DNA of 63,566 nucleotides, filler included, from Lenisia limosa (taxonomy: Eukaryota; Protista; Breviatea), in the NCBI GenBank assembly GCA_001655205.1. It is 12 parts of 12 records of this genome, joined end to end, with 100 filler letters (N's around TTAATTAATTAA, not from the genome) between each part and the next. Parts side by side here need not be neighbours in the genome. Positions count along the whole stretch, not along the records: positions 18,486 to 21,363 come from LPNZ01005064.1; positions 21,464 to 31,458 come from LPNZ01010083.1; positions 31,559 to 37,115 come from LPNZ01008883.1; 9 more parts are not named here. The stretch is one strand, 5' to 3'. The notes under the pieces were generated by a model that worked only from the letters and a program-made list of their open reading frames with translations, was not told the origin of the DNA and searched no databases. A program made the translations under genes and the position numbers. Within the stretch, counting starts at the first letter, position 1, and each line of letters starts with the position of its first letter. This document shows positions 18,625 through 31,684 of the stretch, one piece after another.

Positions 18625-20635
18625 GGCTCGGGATATTAGAAGAAAGATACACGTCTTCGATCCGCAGGTCTACAGGAAATTAGGGGGGGGGGGAGAGCAA
18701 AAAACAAAGGGAATTTATGAAACAAACAAAAAAAAAAAAATTCTGTTAGCTGGCAACACACAAGATAGAGGAGGTTGTTGAAGAAGTTCATATATATCTG
18801 GGAGGCTATGGAATTAGGGCTTGATGGTGTGTTGATGGCTTCAGCCGGAGAGTTTTTATCTACTATGATATGTTATACCACTTTAAACCACTAACCATTT
18901 TCCCAGTTCCTGTGAAGCACGGTTTTCTTGCTGGTTACTATGGGGAGAAGCTTGACCATATCTTCATACTGGTGGGGATTGGGTGAAAACAAGTGAAATT
19001 GTAAAATTTACAAAAAAACGTGAGTAAAAAGAGTGAATTGAAGAGCATGACATGGAGTTGAATTGTGAAAGGTTGTGAAAATGCACGACTTTGTCGTAGC
19101 ACAAGTAGCTGAATTGAGTTGAATTTTAAAAAGAAAAATACAGCAGTTGCCTGGGTTATGTATTTATGGTGGTGAGAGAATTGCAGTTTTACATCGGTTA
19201 AAAGGAAGTGAAGTCCTAATACCACTCCTACCTCATCAAAATTCTTTTTGGCACTCATTTCGTTCCTAATGAACTTGGTGATATCGAGAACGACGTTCCA
19301 GGGGGGCGGTACTGGTGAAGCGGATGTAGCGTCATGGTGAATGCTCCTGTTAAGGGGGGAAAGTATGTTAAACAGATGGCAGAAAGTTATTAGGTGGAGG
19401 GGAGGTTATTGTTTTGTAGATGTTAGAATTGAGCTCAGAATAAATAAACATATAGCGGTTCACGTCGGTAGAAAAAGACCGGTAAAATATCGATAGTTTG
19501 CGAAAATTTACAGAAAAATTCAGTCTTTTTGAACCAAAGTAAAACAACAGACAAGCAAATACTACATTTAATCTTCAGGACTCAGGGCAAATAATTGAGA
19601 AGTGGGGTATCAAGTTATGTGCCATTGAAGACTCTTTAATTTCAAATTTAGTCAATTTAACTTCAAAAATTTATTGGCACAGTTCCAAATAATAATAACT
19701 AGGGCTCCATGCAATTAATTTCCTCAAATAATTATTGAAACGGAGTCGATAATAAGAAAAATATCGATATAACGCAAAACCGCTCCTACTTTAATTTGTT
19801 GTAGATAATGCTCGAAATTGAGAGAGGATTCAGCCGGATCACCTGTTGAAATGAGTAACTCGAAACATTAGTTAATACTGAATCCCATTCTTCTTCATCG
19901 AAATCTACAGGATAAAGCCACCCCCTCCTAATGCCGTTCTGATATAGCATCCCCGTTCATATTATAATACTATATCTGTTATGTATGTATTATGTATATG
20001 ATATATAATATATAATTTAAATTTGACATGCATAAACTGTAAAATATAGAAATGAGAATAACAAAGCTTGTTCCAAATACCCCCCTCACTCCAGATTGTT
20101 CGAGGAAGTCTCTGACCTTCTTATCATCGTCTAAACGGTCAAAGTAGGAACCTTCCATAAGCATCAAAACTCATTGTTTTTTTAAAAAAGGACCGGAGAG
20201 AGGGATCATTTAACCACTCCTCCCATGAAGCCTATATCATTCTCGAAAATAACATTTGGCAAAGTGAAGCCCCTGCCCCCTCCACTTTCAAGAAGCGTCA
20301 TGTCCAAGAAGTTCGCGTCACATTGTTTGGCAATTTCTAAATATGGTAAGTGGAATATATGGTTGTGGTGATGGAAATGATGAATCATTGAAATGATAAC
20401 CTTAAAATGGATATTTGGCCAAAGCCGTTCACATAATTTCAATAATAGCCTGTTCACCCCCCCCCCCCCAAGNNNNNNNNNNNNNNNNNNNNNNNNNNNN
20501 NNNNNNNNNNNNNNNNNNNNNNNNNNNNNNNNNNNNNNNNNNNNNNNNNNNNNNNNNNNNNNNNNNNCGCCGCACGAAATGCTGGTGAGTTTGCCAGTAA
20601 CCAAAGGAATCACTTGCAGAGACTTGAACTCCTAA
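18625..20635 (-). CDS. Hypothetical multi-exon protein, partial
   Basis: GT-AG-bounded open exons read EFKSLQVIPLVTGKLTSISCG, IAKQCDANFLDMTLLESGGGRGFTLPNVIFENDIGFMGGV, FLMLMEGSYFDRLDDDKKVRDFLEQ and SIHHDATSASPVPPPWNVVLDITKFIRNEM. No family recognised. Confidence 0.6.
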
Positions 20636-21463
20636 ACACGGTCAGTTGGGGGGGGGGTAATGAAACAAACAAAAAACCCCCAAAATCAACTCTACTGGCT
20701 GACAACACACAAGACAACAAAACAAACAAAGNNNNNNNNNNCCACAGACGCTTTTTGATTTTGTTTAAACCCCCCTCATTTATTTTAGACAAACCAATTA
20801 AACCCTGCTTAAAAATGCTGGAATGGTTGAGAGTAAAAGTGGAAATCTAACACCACTATGTTGACTAAAAACACAAGAAGTTTTTTTTAACACATTTTTT
20901 TTGAGAAAAAAAACCCCCAAAAAACACGCAATCTTGTAAAACAGACAAAACCCAAACGCACCTTAATTTGATCGGTGGAGGGGTTGAGGGTAATAAAGGC
21001 AGAAATCCAGTCATGCAGCCACTTAGTGTGTTCCTCGCCTATTTGCTTGTTTTGGGCGTATCTAAGGATCTGAAGGGATTACTTATCATGTACATGATGA
21101 AATTTCAGTATGTTATAAATCTGAATATCCATATGCACAGAGTTGTAAGGCAAATATGTTTGGGTAAATAATATTGTATTATAATTCAATATCTCTTATA
21201 AACGTGATGGTATGGACGGCTTCGGCCAGATACAGAACTTTGTTTTATTTCTCATTGCTACACATACTATCTATATATTATTACATACTGCCCGTTATGA
21301 TATGGATATTTAACTATGTTTGAACTATGGATGTCTGAGAAGTATAATGCCCCCCCCCCCAACNNNNNNNNNNNNNNNNNNNNNNNNNNNNNNNNNNNNN
21401 NNNNNNNTTAATTAATTAANNNNNNNNNNNNNNNNNNNNNNNNNNNNNNNNNNNNNNNNNNNN

Positions 21464-24400
21464 CCATTCTAGGAGTGGGCAAACCAGCATCCCTGCACGC
21501 GATGACTGAAATGGAAGCCCTCAAATTGGCTGAACTCAAGAATGGTGAGCTTACTCAAATCTTGCATTTCGAACTTTTAGAGTTGAAAGCAGGGCATGTC
21601 AAAATGACGCCTTCATACCCCTCACGCTATGTAGTGGCAATGGAGCTGGAGCTGAGTATGCGGAACGTCGAATTGTCTGTGGCTGAATCAACCGTCACAC
21701 ATGAACGCATGCCTCTCCTCGTGTCTAAGGGCTACATGGCTAAACGGGCTGTTCGTCCTGGTGATTGTACTGAAGTGAGGGGTGTGAGCGTAGTTCTGTA
21801 ATGCTGTGTGGGGGGGGGGGGGGNNNNNNNNNNNNNNNNNNNNNNNNNNNNNNNNNNNNNNNNNNNNNNNNNNNNNNNNNNNNNNNNNNNNNNNNNNNNN
21901 NNNNNNNNNNNNNNNNNNNNNNNNNNNNNNNNNNNNNNNNNNNNNNNNNNNNNNNNNNNNNNNNNNNNNNNNNNNNNNNNNNNNNNNNNNNNCTTCTCGA
22001 GTCTGCGGGACGGGTTAGAAGTCTGCCCGTCTCCGAGCCCTTCACTCTCGCCCTCCAGGTCGGTGATGATTATGTCTATTTTTTTTTTTGACCAGTCTAA
22101 TGCTATTCTGATTCGATGGAAAACCAATGGACAGTCTTTTTTATCGTCAGATTCGACGTTTATGAATAGTTATTATTATTATTATTATAGATATATGACA
22201 ATTATAATACTTCATACTTGACGTTTTTAGAACGAGAAATCGCTGAACCCCCTTCTTCGATCCTGGAGTATGTACTCGCACATTCACAGTGAGCACGGCT
22301 CAAGTTTATATTTTATTCAAACTAAGTGATTCAAAGTATATTTTACAGTTGTTTGAGTTTAATACTATGGCATTATCCAAATTTGGTTTCAAGTTTCCCC
22401 ATTACCTCCCCCCAGTTCCATTTCTAACCCTGCGATTGCGCCGTGACGAGCTGGTTCTTCTCCTGTCGGTCATTGATAGTCAACTCGAGGCCGTGGACCG
22501 TGTCACCCAACTCCTGGTAAGCTTCGACTTGATACTCAAATACTTCTTTTGCACCTCAAATACCTTCTTATGCAGCTCATTTATTTTCCTGTACGCTTCC
22601 ATTATTATTGTCTGTTCTCGTTAATTACCTCGCAGTAGTTTGTGTGTTCAGTTTCAAGGTGTTTCTAATATTCTGTCCCCTCCCCTAACATTGTTTTTTT
22701 GTGTGTTTTATCAATTTTCCATATTCACCCCACAGTCTGGAGCAGAGGATTTGATTCCGTCCCGCTCTCCGCCGGTTGTGACAGATGCGATGGCTGTTGC
22801 TAACTGCAAGTCCGCCTCCGTGCTGGAGCTCAACAAAATGATTGTCCGATTGGAGGATGTTGGAGGGGCCTTGGCCAGTTGGTTGTGATAGGAATACAAG
22901 TATTAACTCACATTGCTATAAATATTATGCAATATTTTTTATGCGTATCTGATTAAGCAAATCCTTCTCTGTTGATTTTTTCAGAGCACATTAACATTTA
23001 TCATTTTCACAACACGATGTCTCATTCTAAAGCTATTTTCATTTTAATAAGAGTATTAGATGCATCGATATAACGTACCTACGAAGAGAAAGATAAGTAT
23101 CTCATTTTGCTGCCAATCAACTCCATCAAACATCATTTACCCCCATAGGAACGAGGTGAAGCATTCTTGCAAACAATTGCGTCGCTGATGGAGTTGAGAA
23201 GTTGGGTCAGACCAAGGTCACAAACCACAAAGATATCGTTGCAGGTGAGTGGATTGGTGTCCTCCCTTGATGCCCAACGTGGTATAAGTCTCGATGATTA
23301 ATATTATCTAAGGCTGTCACCCCATCAACTTTATTTGTTGCCTTTGCTGTATATAGTATATGATCACGTCTCACTTCTCCTCCTACCCTTAAAAATGTTT
23401 CAACGGTATAGTTGGCATAATCATCCCGCCTCCCCAGAACGTAACAGTGGAAGATTTACTGCGCGATTCCATGGAAGATTCGGCCTGGCAGTCTCTACTC
23501 TTGGCGCCGAAACCATCGTCAGAGAGGAAGGAGGATATCCCGAAGTGGATTAGGTTGGACTAGGTGGACGATTTATACGACCTTAATAATGAGCATTTTG
23601 CTTAGGCATTGAGTGAGTGTCTTCAAATCATATTGGCTTCCTTCCTTTCCAGAAAGTTGTAAATTACCCATTACTCTGTCCAAAACATACCCTATTAATT
23701 TGAGAATATCAATTTTGTTATTATTGTTTCCATGCTCATAGTCTTCCCCATTTCATCCCTGTTACAGGAGCTTCTTGCGGAAGCCTTCAGTTGCGTCAGA
23801 GCCCCCTCTCCTTGCAGAACCTTTCGTCATTCCCGATAAGGGATGGTGGGTGGGTATGTTGACTGCTAGTCCTTTCATGTTATTGACAGAATTGAATTAA
23901 TCCGTTAAAATTATGGAAATATTTTGTCTGTTGAAAGAACTTTGAACTTACATATACTTTTGATTACCACGTGCAGTTCCAGATTCAAACACTAACGCCA
24001 ATAATTTTCATCGAAACATCCTTCATTTACCCTTCAGGTGGACGACTTACCCTTGGCGGGAGTTCAACCCTGCTATCATTGCACTGACGTTGGATAAGTT
24101 CCTGGACCATGCCTCGAGAGCAGAGGGAGCGTTCAGCACCGCGTGGGGGGGGGGGGCTAGTTCCTATTTGGACATCATTTATCACAACAATATTACTAAT
24201 AAAGGTACATATTGCTTTTTGTTTAACCTTAAATTCAATTTTGACACACTTGACAACTGTCCGAGTGACACTGTAGGGGCATACCCCTCACGGCACGATA
24301 CTTCCTCGATACTGAGCCCATTATGGCTGCAGCACCGTCGCCTGCGTTCATTGCCGCTATTGACAGTTTCGTTGGCGGCCTCTCGGTACGATGGGGGCCT

Positions 24401-27400
24401 TGGTTATGCTGTCCAATGTGACGTAACGTTACCGCCGATTGATACAATTATTTGCTCTGACAAAGGACGAAATACATATTTTTCTCATGTTTGATCGCGT
24501 GTCGCTTCTTTGTTAGGGCACATCCTCACCAATTGACAGGAGCAACAAGTGGTGAGAAGGCAGTTCCAAACACTCCAACATGACCTCCGCACCGCTCTCA
24601 AAGACGGTAGGCTGCCTACTTCAATTCATAAGCTGCCTAAGATGTAATTTTATTGATTTTTCAACTGGTATTTATTTCGAGACAAGTGAAAAACCTTCAC
24701 AGGGAAAAGTAGAAAACCCCAGGAATGTGATGAGGGGGGGTGGTACACAATTTTGACTTTTCCAGGAGGCTTCTTCCAGCCAGCCGCTTCATTGGACTCT
24801 GTGTCCGTCCATGGTGGGGGGGGGGAGATGTTTTTGGGAATGCTGTCAGGCCTCCACAAGGATTATATGGCTTCAGACAGTACCATGCATATTATATGAA
24901 CAGATTAAATAGTCAGTTTTGAGATTGATGCACTTCTGCCCACATGGTATTATTTTTGGGTTTTGTCTTTATTGTTATTGTTATTGTTTGTATAATTAAC
25001 TTTGTACCCTCATAACCCAGAACTTCCCTTCGAAGAAGATGAGATGGCACCACTCGAGGAGGATACAGCCCCAGGAATGACACGGGATGCTGATAGCTCC
25101 GTGCTAGCTGCCCAGCTACTGTGGGTGGAGAGTGAAAGTGTGAAAGTGCTTTTATTTGATTCTTCTGATAAATATTGAATTTCAACATACCTGTTGGCTG
25201 CATCTGCCCATTGATAGTAATTGATGATCAAGGGCGTCTCCAACACACGAAGCCGATGTTGCGAGTGGTGGCACTGAAATGACCGAATTGTCCTGCTTCT
25301 CTGAGTACGCGTTTGTTTTTGGGATTTTGCAAAAGATAACCGGATATTTCTGGGCAAAACGATCACCTGATCTTTGTGTCTGTGTTGGCAGGTCTGTGTG
25401 CTTCGCATACTACATATTTATGTATGTGTAGTTAATCATGTCATATAGAGTCTTTCGAATTGCGAGTTGACATCCCTTACCCCTCAACAGTGCGGCAGAA
25501 GATGACGTGTTCACCCCCCTTGTTGCCTCAGGCCTCAGTAGAGTCGACCCTTCAGGTTGGAAGGGGGTGTCTCTTATGGGCATTTGTGTGTTTCCACAAC
25601 ATTTTNNNNNNNNNNGTCATGCGTTCCCCAGGCATGATCATTGCCAGCCAGGTTGGTGGGAAGCCACTATTCTTCGTCCAAATTTCCTTTTTTCCTCTTT
25701 TTTTTTTACTATGTTAACCTTCCATAACCCCCCAGGTTGGCCCAGACCGTCTGCCTGCCGTTGTGGCTTGGACCTGTGACTCCCTTTTGGTTTCGACTGA
25801 CAACGCTGCTCTCGCCTCCGGAACCGTGGCGGCAACGGACTACTACTTAGCCGGACTGGAGGCCNNNNNNNNNNNNNNNNNNNNNNNNNNNNNNNNNNNN
25901 NNNNNNNNNNNNNNNNNNNNNNNNNNNNNNNNNNNNNNNNNNGTGTACTCGCCACTAGTGCTCTAAGTTGGATTTTACCACCTATTAGACTCTTTAATCC
26001 AATGTAAGACTGGTTATCTGGGTTGTTCCTCAGTTTTTATCGAATCTCACTGGTCTTTGCGGACTGAATCAAAGCGAATGCCAAATGACCCTTTAAGTTT
26101 GGATGCCGCTTTGCAGGACCGTCCTCTTGTACATTCCAATCTACTGTCCCCTGTCAATGTCCAGGTTGGCTCATATTGGTCAATTTGGTGGCATAGTTTG
26201 TCATGTGCTGAGAGGTGGAATGGGTGCTTCCATCTCCAGTCGGATTTTTAATTAGCACTATACCTCTTCTTTAACCCACAATACCCTTAATGGTGGCAGA
26301 TGTCTATTGCTCTGAAGGAACGAGCTTACGCAGGGCCTAATCTCAGACATGTTGGCTGGAATCAATTGCTTCTTTTTCTGTTTATGATTAAAACCGCTTA
26401 GAATACCCCGCGTTTTATCATAAAGTATTGTTTTCTTGCACCACCTTTGCATCACAGCATTATAGGAATTGATTTTGTGGGTTTCAGCCAATTCAATTAT
26501 TCCGCCTCAGCTTCTTATTGACCAGGTCTCTGTATTGGTGGAGTCAGCCAAAGTTCGGCTCAACATTTCGCGCGCTCTCATTGCAGGTTGGAACGAGGGC
26601 AAATTATTCAATATCACATCGTGTCTTTTCCAAAATGACGTTATTTTGTTGTTATACTATTTGTACTTATTTGTATGTATGCATAGGCCACTTCTCATTA
26701 CTCTTCTAGCCGATATTTTTGCCGAACACTTCCGAAAGTTCCTCGCTGTTCCTGATGCCGAAGAGGCCCAAATAACGTAAGGCGCTAGTGCTAAATCGCT
26801 TAAATGTGTCAGCAAGAACCTACATCTATGATTGAATCAGTATTATATACGGGACGATTTGTCTCAATATGTGAATGCAATCACCCTCAGATCGGTGGTG
26901 CCTGGTGCTGCTCCCGTGTACATTGGTCCATCCAAACAGCAGCAGCTGATTACCTATTTCAAGATCGACCATTTGGATACTGTGGTAGGCTTGATTCCCT
27001 ATCACCATGAATCACATTCGGTCTTTGTTTTTTTTTTTTGTTTTGTTGATTTTTTGCCAGCCATAGAGCCGATATCAGACCTGTTGGCCTTACTGTTTAG
27101 GTCACAAGTGAAGAAAATGAGGATATTCCCATTTTCCTTCTCTTCACCAAGAACGTCACTGGAACAGTCGAAAGCATGCCTCCTAATCTCTCAGTATGCA
27201 ATGTAATTATCGCAATTGAATTGAACCCCAAATTTTTGGAATAACAGAAATCTCACCGTCTGTACCCCCAGATCCATGCATTAGCCACAGTTGAAGCCCA
27301 GGTGTTCCATGCAAGCAGTCTTGTGCCTGAGCCCTTCATTGAAGCCACGACTCTCTCTATGGATGGCCGACTGTTGTGAGTGGCAGATTAAAATCAAGAT

Positions 27401-30400
27401 AGAAGTTGGCCGTTCACTCCATCAACACTAAGCATAAATGAGGGGATACCAGTAGTGTCATCATCTTTGTAGTGGTGAAGCGGGCCTCCCATCCTTCAAC
27501 CTGACAACGCTCAAGAAAATCGAAGTCATCCTCACTCGTGAAACCCTAAGGTGAGTTGTTAATGCTATTTTCGCCTCTTTAGGGTGGTCTCTCTCACGCT
27601 TTAGGCATTTGTCGGAACTTGATGGACTGTTTAAGACGGCCCTTCAGATATCCAAGAATGCCGGCAAGAGAGAACCTGATACCGGTACGCGGCTTTTCTT
27701 GGAGTATTTGGTCAAATTACGTTTTGATACGGTTCTTTCTTTTATTGGGGAGGGGTACTGTTCTTACTAATGAGGCTCAAGAATAACACTGTACTCATAC
27801 TCCCCCAAGATTTGGCCAAGAGCAAACGGCACTTGCTCATTCGGAACCGAACGGGTCTCACGCTACACGTGGCTCAAGAAAACACTACTATGGCAATGTC
27901 GGGGGGTGACTTGGCATCAACTACAATATTGCAATTCAGGGCAACAGATCTTTCCCTCACTGTTTTACACCAACACAGGTAATTCAAACAGTTACCCCTC
28001 CCCCCAGGACTATACCCGCAGACGGCAATCTTCCCTACGACTTCCCCAATCCCTACCTCCCCCAAAACATCATCATAGCCGCATCGGACTATGCCCCCGG
28101 CTCGCCGCTGCCCGGGCCGTACACTGCTGTTACCCCGGTACCTTCCGCCCCGCCCCCGATGTCGAGTAGTGGCTCGCCGGAATCTGNNNNNNNNNNNNNN
28201 NNNNNNNNNNNNNNNNNNNNNNNNNNNNNNNNNNNNNNNNNNNNNNNNNNNNNNNNNNNNNNNNNNNNNNNNNNNNNNNNNNNNNNNNNNNNNNNCCATT
28301 GTTGTAACAGTTCAGTTCATTCATTGGGCCCCGGGTGCCCCCCTGGTGTCTGAAAAGTCTGGCAACTCAAGTCTTGTTCTCAAGGTAACCCCTTGTCGAG
28401 GTTTTACGCCCTCATATGCCTATTTACGTATTAATATGCCCTATGGTGACATTCCTCAGTCAAACAAACCAAGTGAACTCGAGCGGTGTTGAATACCAAG
28501 CCTTCCATCTGCCATTACCCCCCCCCCCAGGGACACGGCCCAGCAATTGACGGNNNNNNNNNNNNNNNNNNNNNNNNNNNNNNNNNNNNNNNNNNNNNNN
28601 NNNNNNNNNNNNNNNNNNNNNNNNNNNNNNNNNNNNNNNNNNNNAACGCTTCTAGTAGAAAACAAGCGACATGGGATCCAGCAGGTGAGCTATGTTTCCT
28701 TTGGAAATCAGTAATTTGCTGCCATGAACAACCTTGTCACACTCACCCCCAGGTTATCACATTCCACGCAACGCACTCGATCGTAAACCGCACAGACGGA
28801 GCCATTGACTTACTTATCAAAATCGACGACCAACACAGCTATACCAAGCTGGGTGTTCTACCTTTTGAGGTTTGCATTGCACCATATTGGGTCTACGAGT
28901 TGAGTCAAATAATATAGTATTTGCTTTTATCAATAAAAAACACCACAGTTACGATACTGTTTTATAGATTACAAAGTGTATGTACGTGTATACATATCTT
29001 GCTTGTAAGCTGACAGCATTAATATCACACATCACAAAGCTGATACTTTAGCGACAATCGGTGGGGGTGTCTGCAGAGCCCCGAGCTAAAGCCTTTATTT
29101 CTGCCAAGCCCACGTCACACTACTGGAATTGGTTTGCAGAAAATGAACTTTTGTTCAGTTATTGCCTGGTCTCGCGTCTGCTTTGTCATGCATGATTGCT
29201 ATCCTTTCCATGGACTCATACATGATTGATCTGCTTCACTACCTTGCTCCCTCGTAGGTCCAAGCCAGTCCCGCTCCAGACCAAGAAGGTGGTAGAGATG
29301 CACGTTGAAGATGCCACGCCCAATTCCAATGACTCCACGTGGGGAGAGGGGGGGGGGGTCCGAATAAGCCCAAATCGGTCCGTGCTTCTTTCATCATCTG
29401 CTTTTTTTATGTGTNNNNNNNNNNNNNNNNNNNNNNNNNNNNNNNNNNNNNNNNNNNNNNNNNNNNNNNNNNNNNNNNNNNNNNNNNNNNNNNNNNNNNN
29501 NNNNNNNNNNNNNATTTCGCCGCCCGTCGTCCTGACAAACCTCAGTGTTTTCCCTATTGAATACAACTTCCCTGGCATCCGAAGCGGAGGAATCATTTCT
29601 GTAGGCGGTATATTGCTTGTATTTATGCATCTCAATTTTATTCTCCAATGTTGCAGTTTTCCCCTCTTATTCGCACTCGAATTTGGTACTTACTGCGTAG
29701 TCTGGTACATCAAAAACGTTCTCTTTTGCTCTCAATAAGCTGCCTAAGGTGCGGGGTCCTTCTTCAGTAAAGAGTATAGAATCATAAGGCTATTGATGGG
29801 TCACACTTTTTAGGAGGGCTCATATCGAGCATTCATGCATTCCCTTTTCACCCCTGTATGACAACATCAGTCAGTACAATTGATCCACAATTGACAACGT
29901 AGATTCGGTTCCGGTTTGGCCTGTATGAGACATGGTCGCGCACTATCGCCACATCCTCTATCGGCACCTATGCGGCCCCTTTGAATAGACACGAGGGTGA
30001 GTGCATGCCATTGGGTTTTGATGGGGGGATGTGTCAGACTCGGAAAGTTAAATTAATTTACCGCACATTATATTGGAACCTCACCCCCCTTCCCCCAGAT
30101 ATAGACGCAGCTCTGATGCCGGACAATTTGCATCAGAGAACAGCAGTGTGGCTGAACATTATTGTGCGGCCGCGTCTGCCGAGGGGTATCGGCAGGGCCA
30201 TATACCTCAACTCTCAGTTCACGCTCTGCAACACAACGGATTTGGTGGTATTTGTTCGTCAGAGAGGCGCCAACGACTGCACCGCTGTGCATCCTGGCAA
30301 GTTGGCATGTGTCACTACGACAGCAAATGATTGGGTGAATGCGTATAATCCAATATCCAGTATTCTTTCATAAGCGTGATGGTATGGTCTTCTTTGGCCA

Positions 30401-31440
30401 GATGCTTTCTTGGTTCGTTGATCATGTTAACCTATCCCAAGCTCCATCATCATACCACCACCATTAGTATATCCAGTGGAGGGACAACACACAATTATTC
30501 ACTTCCCCTATACTGATACCTTCAGGTTCGAAGCCTTCAGTTGGAACCCCACAGGACCGCGACAGATCACAGTCAAGGCCGGCGAGGGGGAATGGAGCCA
30601 ATGCTTCAACATCAGCAGACCCAGTCTCACGTGCGCTGGGGGTATCTTGTTACTTTGGAGTTATCAGTTAATAGTATGCACAGAACGAACGCTATTTCGT
30701 GGCCTCGTTACCGTGAATAGACTGTAAATAATTCTACCCTGGTGACAATAGTTTTTCTCATTTTTATAGTATTTTGAATAACGTCATGTCTGGAAGTTCA
30801 ACAGAACACCAAATATCCCAAGAGGTTAGCCCCCTACTGGTCAACAATTGACATTGGATGATAATGGAAAATGCTTTGCTTATCATATCCAGGTGCGAGT
30901 CCTTGACGGTCTGTGCAAGGCGGTGATATGGACCCCACGACTTCGATTCCACAACCACACCCAGAGGAATATGGTTCTGATGGTGGGCTCCTGGATGGAT
31001 ATCCGGCTTACTATCTCTAGTTGATTTTGGGCTTCTTTTTCTGATAAAGAAGCCCAAAATCAACTTTGTTGGCCGACAACAGCACACAAGGGTTGAAAAC
31101 AACAAAACAAAACAAAGCCAGGATAGGTGTATCAAAAAGTACTCGATATTTAATTGATGGACCGACCACGTTCACTCTATCAAAAACACCCGAGATAAGA
31201 ATAAACCTTAATTCCTCTCAGCATCATCAATGAAACTAAAAAACCTTAATTTCCTTTAGATCGGTACATATCGTCTCGACCTTCCCGCCAACGAGGGCGT
31301 GGCGTCCACAAACGTTGTCAGTCGTGTGACAGCCACTATCGACACCACTTCCCCGGGCCAGGAGTTTGAGTTAGGGGGGGGGGGAGGACTGAAAGTGAAA
31401 ATATTCTGAGTTTCAACTACATTATCTGTGGCTGACGTTT
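21464..31440 (+). CDS. VPS13: VPS13-family lipid transfer protein, internal fragment (VAB/SHR-binding repeats)
   Basis: One long multi-exon plus-strand gene with repeated VAB-like motifs: LLIRNRTGLTLHV, ITFHATHSIVNRTD, IYLNSQFTLCNTTDLVVFVRQ and GEGEWSQCFNI. Confidence 0.65.
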
Positions 31441-31684
31441 CAGCTACTCCTGGCTGGANNNNNNNNNNNNNNNNNNNNNNNNNNNNNNNNNNNNNNNNNN
31501 NNTTAATTAATTAANNNNNNNNNNNNNNNNNNNNNNNNNNNNNNNNNNNNNNNNNNNNAAGAGATATTGGATTAGAGTATAATACCAGTTCACCCAATCA
31601 TTTGCTTTCTGCATTCCTCATACATATACAATCATATCATATTATAAGAGTTTCTCCCATAGTCAAGACTAACAGCTGTTGTAG

